NCBI RefSeq assembly: GCF_018977255.1
Contig: NW_024705426.1
Coordinates: forward strand, 1 to 45,564
From: Callorhinchus milii
Taxonomy: Eukaryota
Length of the DNA stretch: 45,564 nt
Reading direction: 5' to 3'
Position numbers and translations under genes: made by a program. Shown here in pieces: positions 35,984 through 45,564 of this stretch (positions within the stretch are counted from its first letter, which is position 1; each line of letters opens with the position of its first letter). The notes below the pieces were generated by a model. The model was not told where the DNA came from. It saw only the letters and a list, made by a program, of their open reading frames with translations, and made no database searches.

Positions 35984-37946
35984 CTTTTGACTTTTTAGGG
36001 CAACTTTATATCCACCAGCGCAATTGCGCCGGAGTCACTTTGATATTTTGTGAGCCCTAGCGGCAGGAGACCAACGAACAACGGCACACTGCGCCACATT
36101 TTGACGCGCAGCGTCAGTACCGCGTCGCCGCTTTCCGCCGTCTTCCGGGGCCAACCCGTCAGATAGTGAAGGTCAGCCTGCCGTCTGCCACGGTGCAGAG
36201 GGCCTGACCGGCCCCCCACCTCTCGCAGAAAACGGCGTGGTCGTCGCCCACGTGCACATGGTACGCGTGCTCCAATTGGAGCCGCGCCTTGACAAGTCCG
36301 CGCGTCGTCGCCACCGCCGAGCAGCCGGCATCCGACGCGCCGGCCTGTTTTTTTTTCCGGGTTTTATAAATGGCCATTTTGGCCTGTGCACAAACGAAGT
36401 TCAGAAGGTCGTGGCTCTTGTTAGGTAGGTACGGTACCCCGTATGCGAACCAGTTTTTCTGGAAGCTCATCCCCAGTTTCGTTGAGATGTCTCCCAGGAG
36501 CCGGAACAGCGGGGACAGCCGTGCGCACCCCATGTACTGGTGCGCCAGGTCTTCTCGTGCGCCGCAGAAAACGCATCGGTCTGACGCCTCCGGGGTGATT
36601 TTATTTTGCCACGCTGCCGAGGGCAGCGTCCAATGGAGCAGCCTCCACTGCAGGTCCCCACAGCGTTTGGTGACGGGGGGCTTGTACAGGCGGCCCCACT
36701 GGGGGGTGGCCGCGCCCGACGGTGCCAAGGCGCTCCTCCACCTGGTGTCTGGGAGTTCCACCAGCTCCCGGCAGCGCAGCGCCTTCACGCTGCACGCGTA
36801 CAGCGCTCCTTTCAGCGCGCCCCGAAAGGGCACGCTCTGGCAGCTCCCGAGTTTTAGTATTTTGCCGGAGTCATCACGCCCGGTGGGCTGGGTGCAGGTG
36901 AGCCGCAATTCAGGGAAGGAGGGAGGGGGGGCGCCGTCTTCGGGCGCCTCGAGCCGCAACCGCAGCTCCCACATCGCCACGAGCGCCGCACGCAGCAGCT
37001 TCTCCCCGGCCAGCACGGTGCGGAGTCCGGCGGCACCGCTGACGTCGGCCGCGGACCTCCACGCTGGGTGCCGGTCGCGGTCCCGCACCAGGTCCCCCAC
37101 CGCCCGTATCCCCGCCGAGGTGAAACGGCGGGCCAGCGTCGCTTCCTCCCGGATCTCAGCGAAGCGGCCGTTGATGAACAGTGGCTCGCGCAGAAACTGC
37201 TCGAGCGTGCATTACGGGTCGCCTCTCTCCCAGGCCAGACTGCGCCACGCGTCCAGGAGGCTCCGGTGGAAGGCCGGCAGCCCCGCGTAGTTGACCCGGG
37301 CCAGATCTAACAGGAAAATTTCTCTCCCGTAGCCCAGGCCGCCCCCGGCGCCTCTCAGCAAGGCGAGGGTGGGTGCCACCCAGGGCAGGGTCTCTCTGCC
37401 ATACAGCAGCCGCTGCACGGTCTGAAGCCTGAAGGTCAGAACCCTGGCGTGGATGTCAACCAGGCCCTGGCCGCCCTCGCCCACCGGTAGGTGGAGGACT
37501 CCCGGCCGCAACCAGTGCTTTCCCTGCCACGCGAAGCGGGTGAGCGAGCGGGCTGCTCCCCCGAGTAACCACTCCGGGGGCTGGAGGGTTTTCGCCCTGT
37601 GCCACAGCACCGCGGCCGCCAGTTTGTTGCCCACCAGCACCCGCCCCCTGAAGGACATCGCCGGGGCATGGCGCGCCCATGCCGCCAACCTGGCCTCGAA
37701 CCGGTCCCCCAGTTCGGGCCAGTTTTTCTGGGTGACGTGGGGCCTTCCGAGATGGACGCCCAGGTACCGGACGCCGTCGGTCTGCCAGGCGACACCCCCT
37801 GGGAGGAGCACCGGGCACGCGGCGCCCTGTGGCCCCAGGCGCAGAGCCGAGGTCTTTGCCCAGTTTATCTTGGCGCCGGACGCCGCCTCGTAGGTCTCCA
37901 CCGCCCGGCCCAGTGCAGCTACGTCATGCGTGTCTGTGAAGATACC
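35984..37946 (-). mobile_element. Tx1-clade copy 3: 5'-truncated, with ORF2 C-terminal half and 3' UTR
   Basis: ASGAKINWAKT, YLGVHLG, GGQGLVD, GDLQWRLLH, CVFCGAREDLAHQYMGC; stop at 36159; frameshift near ~37210. Confidence 0.93.
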
Positions 37947-38510
37947 TTGAGTAGGAGATAGCCTGAAACTTCAACCCCATGGGTTCCGCCCTTGGAGTGG
38001 AAGAGGCTCAGAAGCCTGGGTGCGTATTCATCCAGCTTGGACATGAATTTCGATTCAAGGTGTACCGTTGTGATTCTCTGAAACTCATCCTGGATCTGAA
38101 AACAAATAAGGAAATCAGCTATAAAGCCTTAAATATTGACTAGGAATAGTTCTAATTAGCGTGCAATTGTAACTCATGTGAGATGCTTCAACAGAGCTGG
38201 CCATCTGCCTTTGGTGTCATCTATGTTGGGCGTTCGATTGACGATTTCGTTTCTTCTGTGTGCAAATGTTTTGGAATTTTTTTTCTTTTATCACTTGGCT
38301 GTTGTCCCTTTTCTTTACTTCAGTAAGCAACTGAATCCTCTCTTGTTCTTGACTCTCTTCATCCTCTCCTGCCGGGTAAGGGGGAGGTAGTTTACTTCGG
38401 CCTTTCTAGGCTATTTTACACTCTTTGCAGACTTCTGATCTGCATGGCTCTTGCGCTTTAGTGAATTGGCATATCACCTCAGGAACACCGTAGCTTCGGA
38501 GTTTGGCAGG
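37947..38510 (-). pseudogene. Two decayed exons of a transposon-borne SAMD3-like protein
   Basis: Manual translation gives AKLRSYGVPEV...RKAEVNYLP...ERIQLLTEVKKRDN...KTFAHRRNEIV...RWPAL; then an intron with acceptor ttgttttcag; then IQDEFQRITTVHLESKFMSKLDEYAPRLLSLFHSKGG. Confidence 0.75.
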
Positions 38511-39143
38511 TACCGTATAGGACTTTTGGTTCGGTACACGCTGTGTATTGAATGAATATAGTCTAGTTTTAATCACGCACGTAACTTTTTCGTGTGCGGA
38601 ACAAACGTTATAGTCTCGTGCTTTTAGTCGAATCAGACTGACTTCGAAAGGCCGAACGTTGTGCTAGTTAATTCTGATATACGTTACAGCCAGTTAAATT
38701 GGCATGCTGGTAAACTTGCAGTAACGTAAACCAATGTTCAACTGCTACCACACCTTTGTTAAAAAAATGTCTTACCTTTGGGAGAACGGCGGTCCCTGAA
38801 ACGTGTCTGTGGACGAAGATGGTTGACATGCACGTGGCGCGAAAAATGCCTCGAGTTGGGGCGGAAGTGTAACGTTATTAAATTCAAAAACCTCCCGGTT
38901 AGTAAAATTAATCAATTTTTTGCATCTTTGACTTTCCTGATAAAATACAATTAAATTTTACTCAGTTATTGATGGCTGATTTTATTCGAACAAAACTGAG
39001 TAAAATACAATTAATAACTAATAGAAATGTGTTGAATTCAGCTCAATGTGATTCCAAACTGCATGTAGTCTGTATTTTTATGTATAGGCTACTCTTATAT
39101 ATTTACGAAACATTAATTAACCCCAGTCTCGGTTTTTACAGTG
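37947..39143 (-). mobile_element. EnSpm/CACTA-type DNA transposon remnant
   Basis: CACTGTAAAAA terminus on the minus strand at 39133-39143; AT-rich subterminal inverted repeats (ttttactcagtt/aactgagtaaaa); candidate donor AAG|gtaag near ~38775; SAMD3-like exons. Confidence 0.7.
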
Positions 39144-39612
39144 TTGGAGAGCTCTTTGGTCTTGGCCATGGTAGATAGTTTGGAATCTGATTGATTGCTT
39201 CTGTGAACAGGTGTCTGAGTCCGAGTGCGAGAAAAAAAGTCTTGCCGTACTCGTCACCACATGCACGGCTTCTCGCCTGTGTGCTCGGGTTGAACAGCCC
39301 CCCCACCCCAGACAGGAACAGCAGATTCTTGTCTGCTGTGGGCTCGGCTGTACCGCTTGCACCGCCTCCGAGCTAGCCCTCCTTGAGCTCAGCCCACTGC
39401 TGGAAGGTCGTTGCTTGGCCTCTGGTGACTCTGTTGCCCGACCAGATGGCCCTACTGAAGCCCACACAGGTGGGGGGTGGGGTGAGGTTGTGGGTTGCGA
39501 TAGATGTCGCGAGGTTAGGAAGGTGCTCTCAATGAGAAAAGCATGAATGCCGTAAATCGGTTCCAGCTACTTTGAATGACTGCCCCTGAGCTTACAGGAT
39601 TTAACCGGGAAC

Positions 39613-40262
39613 TAGAGGCCGACCGAAACTGAATTTCTGGTTTGGGCTGAAACCGAAACCAGACCGAAAGGTAAACATTTACTTTGGGCCATAACCGAAG
39701 CTGAAACCGAAAGTTTAACTACACTTTCGACCGAGACCGAAACAGTAAAGTATATAACCGAAGTTAGCGAAGACAAGATTTATGAAATACTGTACTAGCT
39801 CTACTACCCGGCTTCATCCGGGACTTGGATTCACCATGGCCGGCCACCTTTGTCTCCCCAGTGGCGATGTTGACAACACACCACTTACTCGTTTGAGGCT
39901 GAGTCGACCTAGGGGAGGCCCAGGACCGGGTCAATAATCGTCACCGGCCGTGAGCGGGAATTGAACTCGGGCCGCCGGGTTCGTAGCACAGCGTGCGAAT
40001 CGCTACGCAGTCGCTGCCCCGCCCCCACACACACAGGCTCAAGACAAAGATCTCCCGACTGACCAGCTGATAGACTTAGCACTAGCATTATATTCTAAAA
40101 ATAGATCTTCGGTTGACGACCGAAAGTCCAGTATCAGTTTCGGCAGAAACCGAAACAGACCGAAAGTTAAAATCGACTTTCGGCCGAAACCGAAAGTTTG
40201 CCGAAAGTGGCCAATTGCCAACTTTCGGCGCCGAAACCAAAACCGAATTTCGTCGGCCTCTA
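39613..40262. mobile_element. Non-autonomous hAT-like element (MITE) with 8-bp target-site duplication
   Basis: Terminal inverted repeats TAGAGGCCGAC / GTCGGCCTCTA; TSD CCGGGAAC at 39605-39612 and 40263-40270; CCGAAA subterminal repeats. Confidence 0.9.
39830..40020 (-). mobile_element. tRNA-derived SINE fragment
   Basis: The minus strand begins GGGGCAGCGACTGCGTAGCG, has a B box GAGTTCAATTCC, then a GGTCGACTCAGCC body motif. Confidence 0.7.
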
Positions 40263-40809
40263 CCGGGAACTGCATACGCTTGAACTCAAAAGGGGAATCA
40301 CTTGGAATAAGTGGAATGCTGTGAGGTATGACTACGCATTGTCCTGCAGCAGAGCCAGTTAATATTGTCGCCTCTGTGGCGTAAGGTTTTAAGCTGCGCA
40401 CCTGTAGCCTGGTTCCATGACAAAGAGTTGGAGCGTTGAGATTTTGCAGCAACATCGTTGGGGTCCCGAGCTTGAGTCTGTGAGGGGCAGGCCTCTGGTG
40501 GATTCAAGGAGTTTAGAAACTCTACAGGGTCGTTAACAGCATCGTCTTCTTTCAATGCAGTGTCGACTGACTCGTAGATCTTCTCCTCTCCTGGAATCTC
40601 ACTTATGATGAGGTCATCATTTATTGCAGATGCTGTGTCAGTCTTGGATGTCAAGATGGCTCGTTCACAAAGCCACTTTTAAGACATCAGGTTGATCTGG
40701 CATACACTTGCAATACATTGGTGATTAATTCATCAAGGGTAGTTAGCAATCGGCCCATACGGGCTGTAATGTTAATCTCCCATTAGTTTCAAGTTTTATT
40801 TATTAGCTA

Positions 40810-40839
40810 CTAGCGGGAAGTACCCGGCGTTGCCCGGGT
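40810..40839 (-). mobile_element. Helitron 3' terminus (hairpin plus CTAG)
   Basis: The minus strand reads ACCCGGGCAACGCCGGGT hairpin, then ACTTCCCG-CTAG|T. Similar ends occur at ~39795-39822 (-), ~44140 (+) and ~44367 (+). Confidence 0.75.
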
Positions 40840-41093
40840 GAAAGATATTTTTCAAAACTTCTCTTAAAAACCTTACATATACTACACAGATACTAAGGAT
40901 TGTCAAAGCCGGTGGGCCGTTGTCCATTTCTCCACAACAAAATTATAAGAGGCTTGCAAAAGTCCAAAAAGTTGTAGAAAGTGTGGGGTAAATAGTTCAT
41001 GTCAAAGGTTTCCGAAAATTGTGACTCCCCCCTCAAAAATATCTTTACCCCCACGTAGTTATATATACCTACACACCTACATACAACAGAGGA

Positions 41094-41525
41094 AGTAGTA
41101 TCTATTGATTCTGTAGTTGTATCGACGGACTGTACAGTAGTATCTACTGAGTCAGTAGTAGCTACTGACTGTGTAGTAGTATTTACTGACTGTCATAACT
41201 ACTGACCGTAGTAGTATTTACTGGGCCTACAGTAGTATCTACCGACTTATAGTAGTAACGACTAATTGTATAGTAGTATCTGCTGACTCTATAGTAGTAT
41301 CCACTGACTATAGTATAAACTACTAACTCTATAGCAGTATCTACTCACTCTATAGTAGTATCTACTGACTCTAGTAGCTACTCACCGTAGCAGTATGTAC
41401 TGACTGTATAGTAGTATTTACTGACTGTAGCAGTATTGACTGACTGTAGTGGTATATACTGACTGTTTTAGTATCTACTAACTCTATATAGCAGTATCTA
41501 CCACTGGATAGCATTATCTACTATC
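41094..41525. repeat. Degenerate ~20-bp tandem repeat (AGTAGTATCTACTGACTGTAT)
   Basis: Direct reading. Confidence 0.85.
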
Positions 41526-43825
41526 ACTACAGCAGTGCATACTGACAGTGGTGTACCTGCTTTCACTACAGCAGTGCATACTGACTGTGGTGGTACCTGC
41601 TATGACTACAGCAGTGTATACTGTTGGTGGTACATGTTATGACACAGCAGTGCATACTGTGTTGGTACCTGCTATGATCACAGCAGTGTATACCATTACA
41701 GCAGTGCATACTGCTGTGGTGGTACCTGCTATGATTACAGCAGTGCATACTGCTGTGATTGTACCTGCTATGATTACAGCATGCATACTGCTGTGGTGGT
41801 ACCTGCTATGACTACAGCAGTGCATACTGTGTTGGTACCTGCTATGATCACAGCAGTGTATACCATTACAGCAGTGAATACTGCTGTGGTGGTACCTGCT
41901 ATGATTACAGCAGTGCATACTGCTGTGATGGTACCTGCTATAATTACAGCAGTGCATACTGCTATGGTGTACCTGCTATTACTACAGCAGTGCATACTGT
42001 GTTGTACCTGCTATGATCACAGCAGTGTATACCATTACAGAAGTGCATACTGCTGTGGTAGCACCTGCTATGATTACAGCAGTGCATACTTCTGTGATGG
42101 TACCTGCTATGATTACAGCAGTGCATACTGCTGTGGTGGTACCTGCTATGACTACAGCAGTGCATACTGTGTTGGTACCTGCTATGATCACAGCAGTGTA
42201 TACCATTACAGCATTGCATACTGCTGTGGTGGTACCTGCTATGACTACAGCAGTGCATACTGTGTTGGTACCTGCTATGATCACAGCAGTGATACCATTA
42301 CAGCAGTGCATACTGCTGTGGTGGCACCTGCTATGATTACAGCAGTGCATACTTCTGTGATGGTACCTGCTATGACTACAGCAGTGCATATTGTGTTGGT
42401 ACCTGCTATGATCACAGCAGTGTATACTATTACAGCAGTGCATACTGCTGTGGTGGTACCTGCTATGATTACAGCAGTGCATACTGCTGTGATGGTACCT
42501 GCTATGATTACAGCAGTGCATGTTGTGGTGGTACCTGCTATGATTGGTACCTGCTATGATTACAGCAGTGCATACTGCTGTGATGGTACTTGCTATGATT
42601 ACAGCAGTGCATGTGACTGTGGTGGTGCCTGCTATGATTACAGTAGTGCATACTGACTGTGGGGCACCTGCAATGATATCAGCAGTGCATACTGCTTGGT
42701 GGTACCTGTGTAGGACTCATACAAGGGTTGTCTTTCTCTCTCTTTATTTTCCTCTTAGAGTCCACCTTCGCCGCGCCACTGCTCCGCGTCTCGGCGCGAC
42801 CTCGCTCCGCTCCGCATCGCTCTGCTGCGCCCCCGCTCCGCGTCTCTCCGTGCCCTCACTCCGCTCCCCGTCGCTCTCATCTCTCTACCTCACTATCGCT
42901 ACGCTTGTCGTTCTACGGTTTCTTACACTCTGCATCCTTCCGATGCATGGCTACCCTGGTTGCTCACTGCGTTTCTCGCTACCACTGTCTCTCCATGCTT
43001 TACTCTACTAACACTCTCTCTACGCTTTACTCTACTCACACTGTCTCTCCACGCTTTACTCTACTATCCCTTGCTCTGTGACTCCCTGGGCACCGTTGCT
43101 GCAGCTCCATCCACGACGCCAACTCTACAGGACTCCCTTCTCTCCGTTGCGTTCTGGCTTATATCTCCACACCAATTCATCTCCCTAATTATCTCTACCT
43201 CCCGATTTATCGCTCGCCCCCTGGCCCCCCGTGTCACGTGGCCTTGTTTTCGCCGCCGGAGCGACACCAGCTAATGCCCAATTACCTTTCAGCCAATCAC
43301 TGGCCTGTGTCCTCCGGCTGCCCTGACACCTGTTTCAACTCTTAACGCCCATTTCGCCTCAAGTCACAACAACAACCATTACCTCACATCACCCCACTGT
43401 ACTGTGCTTGCTCGCATAGCAACAGAGGCGGGGGATGCGTGGCGCGCTATCTCAAGCCCTACACCTGCTACGATTACAGCAGTACATACTGCTGTGGTGG
43501 TTCCTGCTATGATTACAGCAATGCATACTGCTGTGGTGGTTCCTGCTATGATTACAGTAGTGCATACTGACTGTGGGGCACCTGCAATGATAACAGCAGT
43601 GCATACTGCTGTGGTGTTACCTGCTATGATTACAGTAGTGAATACTGACCGTGGTGGTACCTGCTATGATTACATCAGCGCATACTGACTGTGGTGGTAC
43701 TGCTATGATTACAGCAGTGGATACTGACTGTGGTGGTACCTGTTATGATAACAGCAGTGCATACTGACTGTGGTGGTACCTGCTATGACTACAGCAGTGC
43801 ATACTGACTGTGGTGGTACCTGCTA
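41526..43825. repeat. ~39-bp minisatellite ACAGCAGTGCATACTGCTGTGGTGGTACCTGCTATGATT, interrupted by a solo LTR
   Basis: Tandem units with an internal 8-bp stem (ACAGCAGT/ACTGCTGT) and recurring short variant units. Confidence 0.95.
42709..43463 (-). mobile_element. Solo LTR (755 bp) with 4-bp target-site duplication
   Basis: TGTAGG...CCTACA termini; TSD CCTG at 42705-42708 and 43464-43467; on the minus strand GATTGG, TATAAG and AATAAA occur in the expected order. Confidence 0.85.
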
Positions 43826-43829
43826 CTTT

Positions 43830-45095
43830 ACTTAATAACCAGGATACAGTCTACATTATAGACTGGCAGTACACTCACCCAGCTTAATAACAATTTCTAC
43901 TGTTCAAATTATAGACTGCCAGTACACTCATCCAGCCTTAATAACCAGGCTACAGTCTGCATTATAGACTGGCAGTACACTCACCCAGCGTAATAACTAT
44001 TTGTACAGTCTACCTTATAGACTGCCAGTACACAAAGAATCGAATCTTGGCGCGCTTGGGTTTCATTTTAATTAATGAGTTTTCGTTTCATTTGTATATG
44101 TTATGCTTTCAAGTTTTCGAAGTTTTAAAATCTATTTTTCCCCGGGCAAGGCCAGGTATTTCCCATTCGTAACAGTTTATATCGCTCTATAACCAACTTA
44201 TTTTAACAGGAATATGCCGATTCTAAAGGAATCTACAACCTTGGATTCCTTTGCGCGATTCAAAGAATCGAATTTTGGCGCGCTTGGTTGCATTTTTTTA
44301 TTACAGTTGTATTTTCATTGGTATGTTATGTTTTAAAGTTTTCAGAAGATTTTAAATGTATTTTTTCCCGGGCAACGCTGGGTATATCGAGTTTATAGCA
44401 CAAAGTTTTCGCCTGACAAGTGTGGGGTGTCGAGGCCTAGTACCGTGCAGAGCCTCCGCCTCGCCTAGATTGCCCACCCGGCCGAGGCTGGGTGCTTGGG
44501 CCGCTACCCCCCCCCCCCCCGAGCTACAATAATACTGTCTAATTGCTATAATTTTATTATCTACCGACCCTATAATAGTAATTGCACACTTGGAGTGGGG
44601 GGGGGAGTGAAGAGGACGTGAAACTTTATGAATTTACCTCAGCGTCGCGTGTTAATGCGTGTGCATATTTTTAACGGGAATTAAATGGCGTCCACCCCGC
44701 AGCGACGGCGTTGCTGCCCGTTGCCAGGGGCAACCGCCCGTTGCCAGGGCCCCGCCCGCCAGCTTAATAACTATTTGTACAGTCTACATTATGACTGCCA
44801 GTACACTCACGCAGCTTAATAACCAGGCTACAGTCTACATTATAGACTGCCAGTACACAAGAATCGAATCTTGGCGCGCTTGGGTTGCATTTTTTATTAC
44901 AGTTTTATTTTCATTGGTATGTTATGTTTTAAAGTTTTCAGAAGTTTTTAAATGTAATTTTCCCCCGGGCACAAAGTCCTCGCCTGACAGAGTTGCGTGT
45001 CGAGGCCTAGTACCGTGCAGAGCCTCTGGCCTCACCTAGATTGCCCAGCCGGCCGAAGCTGGGCCGCTACCCCCCCCGCACCCCCCCCCCCCCCG
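43830..45095. repeat. Mosaic of local duplications: ~60-bp ATTATAGACTG(C/G)CAGTACAC units, three AAGAATCGAAT...CCCGGGCA blocks, two CGAGGCCTAGTACCGTGCAGAGCC blocks
   Basis: Repeated blocks at ~44032, 44261 and 44857, and at ~44400 and 44970. Confidence 0.8.
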
Positions 45096-45311
45096 CGAGC
45101 CAGGGGAGTCCAGGGCCTATCCTGCCGGTCTTTCCGTCTTCACTGGTAAGCTTCAAGCACACTGGCCTCGAGCCCTTGGCTCCCCGCCTTTTATAGGAAT
45201 CCTCTCCGAGGGGTGGGGCTGTGGGGCATCACAGCGCCACCCATGGGCCCCCAGGGTTAACGATGCGGACGTGGGTGTAGACACCCGCGTGTGGGTACAC
45301 ATCTATATATA

Positions 45312-45564
45312 TGTAGGACTCTTACTGACGCGACAACTTCTTGGTCTTTCTCGTTTCTTTTATTTCGCATATAGTTCACATCTCCGACAGCATCGTTCAA
45401 TATTCCTCCATACTCTTCGATGTATAATTCCTCATAACCCCACTCAGTGTCCCTCCATTCGCTCGCTCCGCTTCGCTCTCTCTCTTTCCACCAAGGTCCG
45501 TTACTCCCGCTGCTCGCTACGCTGTACTCGCTCCGTCCTTGCTATCTGTCCGTACTCTCTATAT
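45312..45564 (-). mobile_element. Partial LTR related to the solo LTR at 42709 (runs off the window)
   Basis: Same TGTAGGACTC terminus, followed by a pyrimidine-rich stretch with TTTATT (AATAAA on the minus strand). Confidence 0.6.

Larger units (their letters stand above)
39530..40760 (-). pseudogene. Helitron PIF1-like helicase fragment, interrupted by a hAT MITE
   Basis: WLCERAIL, VEFLNSLNPP, MLLQNLNAPTLCHGTRL, IPLIPSDSPFEFKRMQFPV; it resumes after the insertion as KAQGQSFKVAGTDLRHSCFSH. Confidence 0.9.

Noticed and set aside
33125..37290. Long plus-strand ORFs (446 aa and 306 aa) over the LINEs
   Set aside because: These are antisense shadows of GC-rich coding sequence with no motifs.
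41548..42656. Cys/His-rich or TAV-repeat proteins
   Set aside because: These are translations of the 39-bp minisatellite.

Overview
Repeat-dense eukaryotic genomic window, probably a lamprey-like vertebrate (inferred from the 5S rRNA fragment, GC3-rich exons and microsatellite-filled introns). From left to right: the 3' end of a decayed Gypsy LTR retrotransposon with its 3' LTR (1-2842); a truncated 5S rRNA; two minimal type I hammerhead-ribozyme motifs of the Penelope type (~2970 and ~4195); a CRE-rich putative promoter; a 3.85 kb satellite with a 28-bp unit; and three phase-compatible exons of an unidentified host gene, one of them duplicated and disrupted by (CAC)n expansions. After a 30-N gap comes an ~11 kb block (15570-~26620) that looks like random or shuffled DNA. 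I found no biological structure in it and treat it as a probable artefact or synthetic filler. Next is a head-to-tail array of three diverged Tx1-clade (Kibi-like) LINEs, joined at identical positions in a (TC)n-containing minisatellite; the middle element carries ORF1 only. The rest is an EnSpm/CACTA remnant with SAMD3-like exons, a nest of Helitron, hAT MITE and SINE, minisatellites and solo LTRs. There is no CRISPR array and no prokaryotic operon. All family assignments come from motif recognition, not database searches.
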